From positions 1,410,001 through 1,442,000 of the forward strand of contig NC_000962.3 of assembly GCF_000195955.2 (NCBI RefSeq): DNA of 32,000 nt, written 5' to 3'. This stretch comes from Mycobacterium tuberculosis H37Rv (lineage in GTDB: Bacteria; Actinomycetota; Actinomycetes; Mycobacteriales; Mycobacteriaceae). Of the stretch, positions 1 to 9,013 are shown piece by piece (position 1 is the stretch's first letter; each line of letters begins with the position of its first letter). A program made the translations under genes and the position numbers. The notes beneath the pieces are model-generated. The model did no database searches and was not told the origin of the DNA. It saw nothing but the letters and a program-made list of their open reading frames with translations.

Positions 1-372
1 CCGGTCCGGGTCGCGGCGCAGCATCATTCCCTTGGCGACCGACAGCTTGTCGCCGTTGCGCGGCGGTAATACGTGCAAGTGAACGTGGAACACCGTCTGA
101 AAAGCGGCACGGCCGTCGTTGATGGCGATGTGTGTCGCGTCAGCCAACTTCGTGGCGCGGGCCGCCCGCGCGATGCGTTGGCCGATGGCGACCATGTCAG
201 CCAACGCCTCCGGCGGGGTGTCGGTGAGGTCAACGGTGTGTCGCTTGGGCAGCACCAGCGTGTGGCCGCGGGTGAACGGGCGGATGTCGAGGATCGCGAG
301 ATAGCCGCCGTCCTCGTAGATCCGGATGGCCGGAGCCTCCCCGGCGATGATCGCACAGAACACGCAGGGCAT
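1..372 (-). CDS. HIT-family (histidine triad) nucleotide-binding protein, C-terminus cut by window edge (Rv1262c)
   Basis: Reverse-strand frame from ATG at 372 reads MPCVFCAIIAGEAPAIRIYEDGGYLAILDIRPFTRGHTLVLPKRH...HIAINDGRAAFQTVFHVHLHVLPP, with the HxHxH triad. This frame is missing from the ORF track because it runs off the window. Confidence 0.93.
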   Translation of the reverse strand, partial: MPCVFCAIIAGEAPAIRIYEDGGYLAILDIRPFTRGHTLVLPKRHTVDLTDTPPEALADMVAIGQRIARAARATKLADATHIAINDGRAAFQTVFHVHLHVLPPRNGDKLSVAKGMMLRRDPDR

Positions 373-430
373 GTCGCTACGGTACTGGACCTCTCGGAGA
401 CCGCCCAAGTGAACGGGATACGCTGCCGCC

Positions 431-1819
431 GTGGACCCTACTGACCTGGCCTTCGCCGGTGCCGCGGCACAGGCGCGGATGCTGGCTGACGGTGCACTCA
501 CCGCGCCGATGCTGCTCGAGGTCTACCTGCAACGAATTGAGCGTCTGGACAGCCACCTGCGCGCCTACCGGGTGGTGCAGTTCGACCGGGCGCGTGCGGA
601 GGCCGAGGCCGCCCAGCAACGCCTCGACGCCGGTGAGCGGCTGCCGCTCCTGGGCGTGCCGATCGCCATCAAAGATGATGTCGACATCGCCGGGGAGGTG
701 ACGACATACGGCAGCGCCGGGCACGGTCCGGCCGCGACGTCCGACGCAGAGGTGGTTCGCCGGCTGCGCGCGGCAGGCGCTGTCATCATCGGCAAAACCA
801 ACGTGCCTGAGTTGATGATCATGCCCTTCACCGAGTCGCTGGCCTTCGGGGCCACCCGGAATCCGTGGTGCCTCAATCGAACCCCTGGCGGCAGCAGCGG
901 CGGCAGCGCTGCGGCGGTAGCGGCCGGGCTGGCGCCAGTGGCACTGGGATCCGATGGTGGCGGATCGATTCGTATCCCGTGTACCTGGTGCGGTCTGTTT
1001 GGGCTGAAACCACAGCGCGATCGGATTTCCTTGGAGCCGCACGACGGGGCCTGGCAGGGGCTGAGCGTCAATGGCCCGATCGCGCGGTCGGTAATGGACG
1101 CGGCGTTGCTACTGGACGCGACCACAACGGTGCCTGGTCCCGAAGGCGAGTTTGTGGCCGCGGCCGCACGCCAACCCGGCCGGCTGCGAATTGCCTTGAG
1201 CACCAGGGTTCCAACCCCGCTGCCCGTTAGGTGCGGCAAGCAAGAACTGGCAGCCGTCCACCAGGCAGGTGCGTTGCTACGTGATCTGGGCCACGACGTC
1301 GTCGTCCGCGATCCCGACTATCCGGCTTCGACCTATGCCAACTACCTGCCCCGCTTTTTCCGCGGTATCAGCGACGACGCGGACGCGCAGGCGCACCCGG
1401 ACCGCCTCGAAGCACGTACCCGAGCCATAGCGCGTCTAGGGTCGTTCTTCTCCGACCGGCGGATGGCGGCCCTGCGGGCCGCCGAGGTGGTGCTGAGCAG
1501 CCGGATCCAGTCGATCTTCGACGATGTCGACGTAGTTGTGACGCCAGGCGCCGCGACCGGCCCGTCCCGCATCGGCGCCTACCAACGCCGGGGTGCAGTT
1601 TCGACGTTGCTGCTGGTGGTGCAGCGGGTTCCGTACTTTCAAGTCTGGAATCTGACCGGCCAGCCCGCGGCCGTGGTGCCGTGGGACTTCGACGGCGACG
1701 GCCTGCCCATGTCGGTTCAACTCGTCGGCCGGCCGTATGACGAGGCGACGCTGCTGGCACTGGCCGCACAGATCGAATCTGCCAGACCCTGGGCCCATCG
1801 GCGGCCGTCGGTGTCATGA
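431..1819 (+). CDS. amiB2: Amidase (amidase signature family), GTG start, 462 aa (Rv1263)
   Basis: PIAIKDDVD (catalytic Lys) and GGSSGGSAAAVAAGLAPVALGSDGGGSIRIP (amidase signature); synteny with Rv1264. Confidence 0.93.
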   Translation: MDPTDLAFAGAAAQARMLADGALTAPMLLEVYLQRIERLDSHLRAYRVVQFDRARAEAEAAQQRLDAGERLPLLGVPIAIKDDVDIAGEVTTYGSAGHGPAATSDAEVVRRLRAAGAVIIGKTNVPELMIMPFTESLAFGATRNPWCLNRTPGGSSGGSAAAVAAGLAPVALGSDGGGSIRIPCTWCGLFGLKPQRDRISLEPHDGAWQGLSVNGPIARSVMDAALLLDATTTVPGPEGEFVAAAARQPGRLRIALSTRVPTPLPVRCGKQELAAVHQAGALLRDLGHDVVVRDPDYPASTYANYLPRFFRGISDDADAQAHPDRLEARTRAIARLGSFFSDRRMAALRAAEVVLSSRIQSIFDDVDVVVTPGAATGPSRIGAYQRRGAVSTLLLVVQRVPYFQVWNLTGQPAAVVPWDFDGDGLPMSVQLVGRPYDEATLLALAAQIESARPWAHRRPSVS

Positions 1820-1893
1820 CATTGCAGTCGCCCGCTCGTTTTTCACGTTTTTGCCCGGCCGCAGGACATGTGCGGCGGCGTTAACGTTGACTG

Positions 1894-3087
1894 GTGACAG
1901 ACCACGTGCGCGAGGCGGACGACGCGAACATCGACGATCTGTTGGGCGACCTGGGCGGTACCGCGCGCGCCGAGCGTGCGAAGCTTGTCGAGTGGTTGCT
2001 CGAGCAGGGCATCACCCCCGACGAGATTCGGGCGACCAACCCGCCGTTGCTGCTGGCCACCCGCCACCTCGTCGGCGACGACGGCACCTACGTATCCGCA
2101 AGGGAGATTAGCGAGAACTATGGCGTTGACCTCGAGCTGCTGCAGCGGGTGCAGCGCGCTGTCGGTCTGGCCAGAGTGGATGATCCTGACGCGGTGGTGC
2201 ACATGCGTGCCGACGGTGAGGCGGCCGCACGCGCACAGCGGTTCGTTGAGCTGGGGCTGAATCCCGACCAAGTCGTGCTGGTCGTGCGTGTGCTCGCCGA
2301 GGGCTTGTCACACGCCGCCGAGGCCATGCGCTACACCGCGCTGGAGGCCATTATGCGGCCGGGGGCTACCGAGTTGGACATCGCGAAGGGGTCGCAGGCG
2401 CTGGTGAGCCAGATCGTGCCGCTGCTGGGGCCGATGATCCAGGACATGCTGTTCATGCAGCTGCGGCACATGATGGAGACGGAGGCCGTCAACGCCGGAG
2501 AGCGTGCGGCCGGCAAGCCGCTACCGGGAGCGCGACAGGTCACCGTTGCCTTCGCCGACCTGGTCGGTTTCACCCAGCTAGGCGAAGTGGTGTCGGCCGA
2601 AGAGCTAGGGCACCTCGCCGGGCGGCTGGCCGGCCTCGCGCGTGACCTGACCGCTCCGCCGGTGTGGTTCATTAAGACGATCGGCGACGCGGTCATGTTG
2701 GTCTGTCCTGATCCGGCGCCATTGCTGGACACCGTGCTGAAGCTGGTCGAGGTCGTCGACACCGACAACAACTTTCCCCGGCTGCGAGCCGGCGTCGCCT
2801 CCGGGATGGCGGTTAGCCGGGCCGGCGACTGGTTCGGCAGCCCGGTCAACGTGGCAAGCCGGGTGACCGGGGTGGCGCGCCCGGGTGCCGTGCTGGTCGC
2901 GGATTCGGTGCGGGAGGCCCTTGGTGATGCCCCCGAAGCCGACGGATTTCAGTGGTCCTTCGCCGGCCCCCGTCGCCTCAGGGGAATCCGGGGTGACGTC
3001 AGGCTTTTTCGAGTCCGGCGAGGGGCCACTCGCACCGGCTCCGGCGGCGCGGCCCAAGACGACGATTTGGCCGGCTCGTCACCGTAG
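1894..3087 (+). CDS. Class III adenylyl cyclase with N-terminal regulatory domain, 397 aa (Rv1264)
   Basis: C-terminal cyclase homology domain ([47 protein letters not shown]); long helical N-terminal domain; GTG start. Confidence 0.93.
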
Positions 3088-3093
3088 GCAGGC

Positions 3094-3224
3094 ACACCGG
3101 TACACATGGGCAGACCCGGCGTGACTCTCGGGGGGCGTCTGACACCGCCTTCTGCGGGTCTTGCGCGGCCGGCCTTCACCCCGTCTTCCGGCACTTTCGA
3201 TTGGTCACTAACCGGGCCTGCTTC
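3094..3224 (-). ncRNA. mcr11: sRNA Mcr11 (MTS0997) locus, boundaries approximate
   Basis: Known intergenic sRNA between Rv1264 and Rv1265, transcribed opposite to both. Location is from literature memory plus synteny. A minus-strand TATTTT hexamer (plus 3232-3237) lies 8-13 nt upstream of the recalled 5' end. Confidence 0.65.
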
Positions 3225-3259
3225 GATACCAAAAATACAACGTCGAATGGCTGATCACA

Positions 3260-3940
3260 ATGGTTCTCGCCAGGCCGGACGCTGTTTTCGCGCCGGCCAG
3301 GAACCGGTGTCACGTTTCGCTGCCGGTGAACGCGATGTCATTAAAGATGAAAGTATGTAATCATGTAATTATGAGGCACCATCACATGCACGGGCGGCGC
3401 TACGGTCGCCCCGGCGGCTGGCAGCAAGCTCAGCAACCAGATGCCAGTGGGGCGGCGGAATGGTTCGCTGGCCGCCTGCCCGAGGACTGGTTCGACGGCG
3501 ACCCCACCGTCATCGTCGACCGTGAAGAAATTACGGTGATTGGCAAGCTGCCTGGACTCGAGAGCCCCGAGGAAGAAAGTGCGGCCCGAGCCTCGGGCCG
3601 CGTGTCGCGATTCCGCGACGAAACCCGACCGGAGCGAATGACTATCGCCGATGAAGCCCAGAATCGCTACGGACGCAAGGTGTCCTGGGGCGTCGAGGTC
3701 GGTGGTGAGCGAATCTTGTTCACGCACATCGCAGTACCGGTGATGACGCGGTTAAAGCAGCCGGAACGGCAGGTGCTGGACACCTTGGTCGACGCTGGCG
3801 TGGCTCGTTCCCGCTCGGATGCCCTCGCGTGGTCGGTCAAGCTGGTCGGCGAGCACACCGAGGAGTGGCTGGCCAAGCTGCGCACCGCCATGTCGGCGGT
3901 GGACGATCTGCGCGCGCAAGGCCCGGATCTTCCGGCCTAA
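3260..3940 (+). CDS. abmR: ATP-responsive DNA-binding regulator AbmR, 226 aa; internal start at 3335 possible (Rv1265)
   Basis: ORF with C-terminal QPERQVLDTLVDAGVARSRSDALAWSVKLVGEHTEEWLAKLR; synteny. Function taken from published work on mcr11 regulation. Confidence 0.85.
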   Translation: MVLARPDAVFAPARNRCHVSLPVNAMSLKMKVCNHVIMRHHHMHGRRYGRPGGWQQAQQPDASGAAEWFAGRLPEDWFDGDPTVIVDREEITVIGKLPGLESPEEESAARASGRVSRFRDETRPERMTIADEAQNRYGRKVSWGVEVGGERILFTHIAVPVMTRLKQPERQVLDTLVDAGVARSRSDALAWSVKLVGEHTEEWLAKLRTAMSAVDDLRAQGPDLPA

Positions 3941-3959
3941 ACGGCCACCGCCGAATGCG

Positions 3960-5840
3960 TCATTCCTTGTTGACTTTGTCAACGATCTTGGCGGCGATCT
4001 GGCCTGCTTGATTGGTGATCCGGTACCCGCATGCGTTGACGTCGACGACCACATTGTTGGCCACGCTCATCGCGCGTTGGCATTCCCAGCCCTCAGCGCC
4101 TTCTTGGGTGTCTATCACCGTGATCGTCGGCGGGCTGCCTTTGACGTCGGCAAACGTCCACCGGTAGGTCTTGGCCTTATTCGTGACGGTGACCGTCTTG
4201 CCTGCGCAGTTCTTCCATTTGTCGGCCGAAGTCTGCACGAACGCGCGGGCTTTGTCGGCGGTCGGAAAGGCGACGACGGCTTGGTTCACCCAATGTTCGT
4301 AGTTGTCGCCCGGCTCGGATGAAATCAAGCCGTTGATGGCGGTGTAGCCGGTGCCGGCATACACCGGATCCTGGCTGGTATACAGCGCGCCCTGGCAGTC
4401 CGGCAGGGACACCGTCACCGGCGAAGAGTCCATCGATGTGATCGGTTTGCCCGGCTGCATGGACGACGAGCCCATCACGGCGTTGACTTCTGAGGAGTTC
4501 AGCAGTAGGGCGCTAAGGCGCTCCTCCGCAACCGGCTGAGGCGGCTGTACCGGCTTGGGCCGGATGGCGATCCAGATGCCGATGGCGCCCAACACGAGGA
4601 CGAGCACGACGGCGGCGGCGCCGGCCACTAAGGGCCACGGGTTGGTTTTGCGCGGGGTCTGGGCCCAGGGGCTGGGGCCGCCGGACGGCGGTGCGCCCCA
4701 GCCGCCGCCCTGGTAGTACTGCGGGGTGGGAGTGGGTCCGCTGGCCGGCATCGGGCCGCTATTGGGCGCCCAGGACGGCTGGCCGGTGGGGCCAGGCCGC
4801 TGTCCGGCAGGCCCCGGCTGGGCCGGGGGCGTGTAGGACGGCTTTGGTGCCGGCTGGACACCCGGCGGGGTGACGGGGGGTGCGGGTGGCTGCCGAGGAG
4901 CCATGGCGGTGGCCGGCATGGTCGGAGGCGGGACGGGCTTAGGCGGCGCGGGCAGGGTGGATTCTTGGCTGCGGCGCAGGATGTCGGCGGCGTGGTCTTG
5001 GTCGGGGTCGCTGAGCGCTTCGTGGGCGGCCAGGGCCAGGTCGCCGGCGCTGGCGTAGCGGTCTTCGGGCTTTTTGGCCATGCCGCGGGCGACCACCGCG
5101 TCAAAGGCTTTGGGGATGCCCGGGCGGATGGCGCTGGGCTGGGGGATGGGTCCCATCAGGTGGGAGCTGACCAGTGTGCCGGCGCTGTCGGCGCGATACG
5201 GCGGGGCCCCGGTCAAGCATTCGTGCAGCACGCAGGCCAGCGCGTAGATGTCGGCGCGGTAGGTTACCTCGTCGTTGGAGAACCGTTCGGGGGCCATGTA
5301 TTTCCAGGTGCCCACCGCGGTGCCTAACTGGGTCAGTTTCTCGTCGGTGGTCGCACTGGCGATCCCGAAGTCGACCAGATAGGCAAAGTCGTCGCGGGTG
5401 ATCAGAATGTTTTGCGGTTTGACGTCGCGGTGCATCACCCCGTCGGCGTGTGCGGCATCGAGCGCCGAGGCGATCTGGGTGATGATGGCCACCGCGCGCG
5501 GTGGGGTCAGCGGGCCGAAGCGTTTGAGCACGCTGTCAAGGTCGGTGCCCTCCACCAGGCGCATCTCCAAAAACATTTGGCCGTCGACTTCGCCGTAGTC
5601 GTGGATGGGCACCACGTGAGGTTCCTGCAACCGGCCGGCGATGCGGGCTTCGCGTTTCATCCGCTCGCGAAACACCGGGTCCTTGCTGAATTCCGCGGTC
5701 ATCAGCTTGACGGCGACGGTCCACTCCTTGACGGTGTGCTCGGCCTCGTAGACCTCGCCCATCCCGCCCCGGCCCAACAGCCGTTTGAGGTGGTAGGGCC
5801 CAAACATCGAGCCCACCCGCGAGTCCTGTGCGTCGCTCAT
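3960..5840 (-). CDS. pknH: Transmembrane Ser/Thr protein kinase PknH, 626 aa from MSDAQDSR (Rv1266c)
   Basis: GRGGMGEVYEAEH, VMHRDVKPQNILI, DFGIA, GTWKYMAPE kinase motifs; Pro-rich juxtamembrane linker; TM helix WPLVAGAAAVVLVLVLGAIGIWIAI; C-terminal extracellular domain with four Cys. Confidence 0.97.
   Translation of the reverse strand: MSDAQDSRVGSMFGPYHLKRLLGRGGMGEVYEAEHTVKEWTVAVKLMTAEFSKDPVFRERMKREARIAGRLQEPHVVPIHDYGEVDGQMFLEMRLVEGTDLDSVLKRFGPLTPPRAVAIITQIASALDAAHADGVMHRDVKPQNILITRDDFAYLVDFGIASATTDEKLTQLGTAVGTWKYMAPERFSNDEVTYRADIYALACVLHECLTGAPPYRADSAGTLVSSHLMGPIPQPSAIRPGIPKAFDAVVARGMAKKPEDRYASAGDLALAAHEALSDPDQDHAADILRRSQESTLPAPPKPVPPPTMPATAMAPRQPPAPPVTPPGVQPAPKPSYTPPAQPGPAGQRPGPTGQPSWAPNSGPMPASGPTPTPQYYQGGGWGAPPSGGPSPWAQTPRKTNPWPLVAGAAAVVLVLVLGAIGIWIAIRPKPVQPPQPVAEERLSALLLNSSEVNAVMGSSSMQPGKPITSMDSSPVTVSLPDCQGALYTSQDPVYAGTGYTAINGLISSEPGDNYEHWVNQAVVAFPTADKARAFVQTSADKWKNCAGKTVTVTNKAKTYRWTFADVKGSPPTITVIDTQEGAEGWECQRAMSVANNVVVDVNACGYRITNQAGQIAAKIVDKVNKE
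4650..4963 (-). other. Proline-rich juxtamembrane linker region of pknH
   Basis: Encodes PAPPKPVPPPTMPATAMAPRQPPAPPVTPPGVQPAPKPSYTPPAQPGPAGQRPGPTG...TPTPQYYQGGGWGAPPSGG, ahead of the TM segment (about 4566-4646). Confidence 0.85.
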
Positions 5841-6141
5841 CGCTGATCCTCCCAACCAACCCGCTGCCGCCGACACTATCAACAACGGTCAGGTATCACG
5901 TCGGCTGCGATCGCCGGGCCCAGCAACCTTGCCAGGCAACAATGACGCTAGGCCTTCGCCGGCTCGACCGCACGAAAATCTGCCACATCTTCGCGGGATG
6001 TCGGCGACTGCGGTGGCTGTGCCATTCGCTGGTACGCGCCGCTGTTCGGCTACCGAAAAGTGTTGTGGTAATTGGTTACCGCAGCCCAGCGCCGGCGGCC
6101 AGCGCGCGACGTTGCCACGAAAAGCTTTGTGTAGCAGTCAT

Positions 6142-6180
6142 ATCCGTGGACATCGGTGTTAAGGGCTTGTGTCCACGGAT
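6142..6180 (-). terminator. Hairpin directly after the embR stop codon
   Basis: Perfect 11-bp inverted repeat ATCCGTGGACA (6142-6152) / TGTCCACGGAT (6170-6180), 17-nt loop, abutting the embR stop (6181-6183). No strong U-tract, as is common in mycobacteria. Confidence 0.6.
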
Positions 6181-7347
6181 CTACGTGCCGCCATGCGTCC
6201 CCGCGCTGATCTGGAACGTGAATTCATGGTCACAGATGCGAATGTGGTCGCCGTCGTTCAGCGTGACCGCGGAGCGGATTCGCTCGTGCTGCACATGCAC
6301 GCCGTTGGACGATCGGAGGTCGTTGATGACGTAGTTGGTGCCCGTGTCGACGATGACGGCGTGGTGGCGGCTGACGTTGGCGCTGTCTAGGACGATGTCG
6401 TTGTCATGCAGACGCCCGATCCGGGTCGCCGCGGCTTGCAGTGGGTAGCCGCGACCCGAGGCGATGTCGTGCAGGTAGGCCACCGCCTGCTGGCCCGACG
6501 CCATGGTGCGCTGATCGAGCACCGTGACGGTGCCGGCAGCGGTGGTTTTGGCGGACTTCTTGGCATCCAGCGGTTGCTGACGCAGAATCCGCTCGTTGAG
6601 AGCGCGCAACGTCGGACCGGGGTCGATGCCGAGGTCGTCGGCCAGTGTTGTCTTCACCCGGCGATAGGCGCCCAGCGCATCGGATTGCCGGTCGGAGAGG
6701 TAGTAGGCGGTGATCAGCTGTGTCCACAGCGGCTCCCGGTAGGGGTGTTCGAATGTCAGAGCCTCGAGCTCGGCGATCACTGCGCTGGCCCGCCCACACG
6801 CGATTTCGGCCTCCGCCTTGGCGGTATGGGCAAGAACCTTGTCTTCTACCAGCGCCGTGGCAAAGGGTTCGACGAACTGGAAGTCGCGCAGGTCATCGAG
6901 CACCGGCCCACGCCATTCTCTCAATGCGGCCGACAGGTGGCGGCTGGCTTGTTCGAACCGGCCGGCGGCGGCCGCGTGCACGCCCGCGGTTTTTTCGGCA
7001 ACAAACCGCCCCAGATCGCAAGTGTTGTCGGGGATGCTGAGCCGATAACCCGGCGGCGCTGCGGCCAACACCACCCGTGGGTCGATCCCGGCGCCACCGA
7101 GGAGCTTACGCAGATTAGACACGTAGGAGTGGATACTCGCGCGTGCGCCCGAGGGTGGCCACTCCTCCCAGAGGGCGGTGATTAGGGCGTCGACTCCTAC
7201 GGGCCTGTTGCGGTTGATGACCAACATGGCTAGCACAGCCCGTTGCTTGGGGGTGCCCGATGGCACCGGGGTGCCGTCGATAGTCATCTGCAATGGTCCA
7301 AGCAGGCCGAAGTCGAGCCGCTTCTCCACTGTCGCGCTACCAGCCAT
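6181..7347 (-). CDS. embR: SARP-type transcriptional regulator with BTAD and C-terminal FHA domain, 388 aa (Rv1267c)
   Basis: N-terminal winged-helix (GTPKQRAVLAMLVINRNRPV...), BTAD (PYREPLWTQLITAYYLSDRQSDALGAYRR), FHA core (RIGRLHDNDIVLDSANVSRHHAVI...NDLRSSNGVHV). Confidence 0.97.
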   Translation of the reverse strand: MAGSATVEKRLDFGLLGPLQMTIDGTPVPSGTPKQRAVLAMLVINRNRPVGVDALITALWEEWPPSGARASIHSYVSNLRKLLGGAGIDPRVVLAAAPPGYRLSIPDNTCDLGRFVAEKTAGVHAAAAGRFEQASRHLSAALREWRGPVLDDLRDFQFVEPFATALVEDKVLAHTAKAEAEIACGRASAVIAELEALTFEHPYREPLWTQLITAYYLSDRQSDALGAYRRVKTTLADDLGIDPGPTLRALNERILRQQPLDAKKSAKTTAAGTVTVLDQRTMASGQQAVAYLHDIASGRGYPLQAAATRIGRLHDNDIVLDSANVSRHHAVIVDTGTNYVINDLRSSNGVHVQHERIRSAVTLNDGDHIRICDHEFTFQISAGTHGGT

Positions 7348-7657
7348 TGCGGGTCCTCCGTGGCTTGCGGTGCCAAGGTGCCAATAGGGTGTCGCTACCG
7401 GTCATTGTGATACCACGTTTCGCCGATGCGGTAAGAACCCAGGATCTCGGCACGCCGTGCGATGTACCGGGTCGGTGGCCCTTGACAGCGGCATCGGCTG
7501 TTTCCATGCGGGTGAAATGCTGGCCCTGTAAAGATGATCGTGAATGTCCCACGGGAATCCTGTTGGTGCTCATCCAAACATGCGATCGGCGGGCAGCCGA
7601 CCCGGTGTTCTTGCAACGAGTGGCTGCCCGCTGTGGTGATCGACATTCGAGCGCGGT

Positions 7658-8356
7658 TCAGGTGGTGACGGCCATGAAGTCGTGGCTGGTGGCCCACGCC
7701 TCGACGAAGGTTTCCATCGGGATCTGCTCGTCGCGGCCCGTGGGGGTACCGCTGTCGTTGAGGTGAACAATGCCGTTTTCGGTATCGACACCGGTCACCA
7801 CCACGGCGTGGTCAGACCGCGGGTTGCCGGCACTGTCGGTTTCCTCGACGGGCTGGCCCCAGATCATCTCGGCGTTGATGCTGACGATCACGGCGTGCCC
7901 GCTGCCCAGATACTGCTCGAGGGCGGCCATGCCGGTGGCGACTCCGGTGGCTGTGGCGTGGTCCTCGTCGGTGATAACGGCGTCGACGCCGTAATGCGCC
8001 AGCAGCGTCGGTATGTCGGCCACGCTGGTACCCATTCCCGAGTTCGGGTGCTCGGCGTCGGCCGGCTTTGTGTAGATGGACCCGGGGTGCACGACGCTGG
8101 GTGTCGACTGGGCCACTTTGATGATGGCGCGCTCGGAAGGCTCCCTGCCGGTCACTTGACCGATCACGTCCGCGGCCGACATCAGGACGCAGTCGTCGTA
8201 TGTCTGCTGGCGCCAGTACTTGGCGGCGGCTGCCGGGTCGCCATACATGGTGCCCGCCGCTGCGTCGGCGGGGCTGGCCAATCCCAGTGCAACGGCACCG
8301 GCGGCCAGCGCGAAGGTGGCGGTCTTGAAGGCGGTGGCGATTTTGCTGGTCGTCAT
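7658..8356 (-). CDS. Secreted protein with C39-like (papain-like) peptidase fold, 232 aa (Rv1268c)
   Basis: Signal peptide MTTSKIATAFKTATFALAAGAVALGLASPADAA; QTYDDCVLMSAADVIGQVTG, LEQYLGSGHAVIVSIN, SDHAVVVTGVDTENGIVHLNDSG, a Cys...His...Asp/Asn arrangement. Confidence 0.83.
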   Translation of the reverse strand: MTTSKIATAFKTATFALAAGAVALGLASPADAAAGTMYGDPAAAAKYWRQQTYDDCVLMSAADVIGQVTGREPSERAIIKVAQSTPSVVHPGSIYTKPADAEHPNSGMGTSVADIPTLLAHYGVDAVITDEDHATATGVATGMAALEQYLGSGHAVIVSINAEMIWGQPVEETDSAGNPRSDHAVVVTGVDTENGIVHLNDSGTPTGRDEQIPMETFVEAWATSHDFMAVTT

Positions 8357-8578
8357 CGTCGGTCCTTTTCTCGTTCCGCTATGCGGAGTGGATGTTGAGA
8401 AAAGGTTCCGATGGTGACCTTTTTGTTATCTCTAGGAATTCTTGGAGTGATCTGCAGTGGTCAGCCGAGGTTCACCGGTCGCGGGCAGGCCGATCTGCGC
8501 GGGCGCAGTCGACAGCGTTGCTACCGGGATGCACGGCGGTACCGACGATCGGTCGGCTGCCTAAGCGGGCGTGCGGGA

Positions 8579-8953
8579 TTAGTTGCAGGCCCAGGTGTCG
8601 ATGTAGCCGCCGCCGAGCTTGGTCAGGGCGTCCTTCATGGCGGCGGCCAAGGTGGGTCCAACTCCTCCCTGGTATGCCCTATCGTTGGCGGCGACGGCGC
8701 CGCAGGCGGTGAAACTGGTGAGCACCTTGCAGTCGGAGTAGCCACACGACTTGACGGCGGTGGCTTCGGCAGCCGCCCGGGTTGGGTAGTCCCACGATCG
8801 GCCCCACGAGCCGTTGCCGGAGTAGGCAATTGCGCCATAGACATCGGCGGCATTTGCTGGTGCGGGAGCCAGGGTGACGGTCGTCGCGGCGGCAGTGGCG
8901 ACGCCGGCGACGGCCACCGCGAACCGTCGCCGAAGAGTAATCATCGTCGTCAT
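8579..8953 (-). CDS. Secreted DUF4189-type small Cys-rich protein, 124 aa (Rv1269c)
   Basis: Signal peptide ending APANA; YGAIAYSGNGSWGRSWDYPTRAAAEATAVKSCGYSDCKVLTSFTACGAVA...WACN. Confidence 0.88.
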   Translation of the reverse strand: MTTMITLRRRFAVAVAGVATAAATTVTLAPAPANAADVYGAIAYSGNGSWGRSWDYPTRAAAEATAVKSCGYSDCKVLTSFTACGAVAANDRAYQGGVGPTLAAAMKDALTKLGGGYIDTWACN

Positions 8954-9013
8954 TGGTGAGTCCTTTCCGAATGCCGGCGGTGCGGCGGTTTCAACAAGCA
9001 ATTAGGACGATGG

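Noticed and set aside
24-356. 110-aa minus-strand ORF at the window start
   Set aside because: Wrong frame; the true HIT-family frame (MPCVFCAIIAGEAP...) overlaps it and runs off the window.
1812-1821. Perfect palindrome TGTCATGACA at the amiB2 stop codon
   Set aside because: Only 10 bp and overlapping coding sequence; plausible by chance.
6406-7185. 259-aa plus-strand ORF opposite embR
   Set aside because: Antisense shadow ORF typical of high-GC DNA; embR has clear domain motifs on the other strand.
7482-7487. Isolated TTGACA hexamer between embR and Rv1268c on the plus strand
   Set aside because: No convincing -10 at proper spacing and no plus-strand gene downstream.
7682-8398. 238-aa plus-strand ORF opposite Rv1268c
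   Set aside because: Shadow ORF; the minus strand encodes a signal peptide and peptidase-like motifs.
8542-8556. Small inverted repeat CCGAC-GATCG-GTCGG after Rv1269c
   Set aside because: Five-bp arms are too short to call a terminator with confidence.
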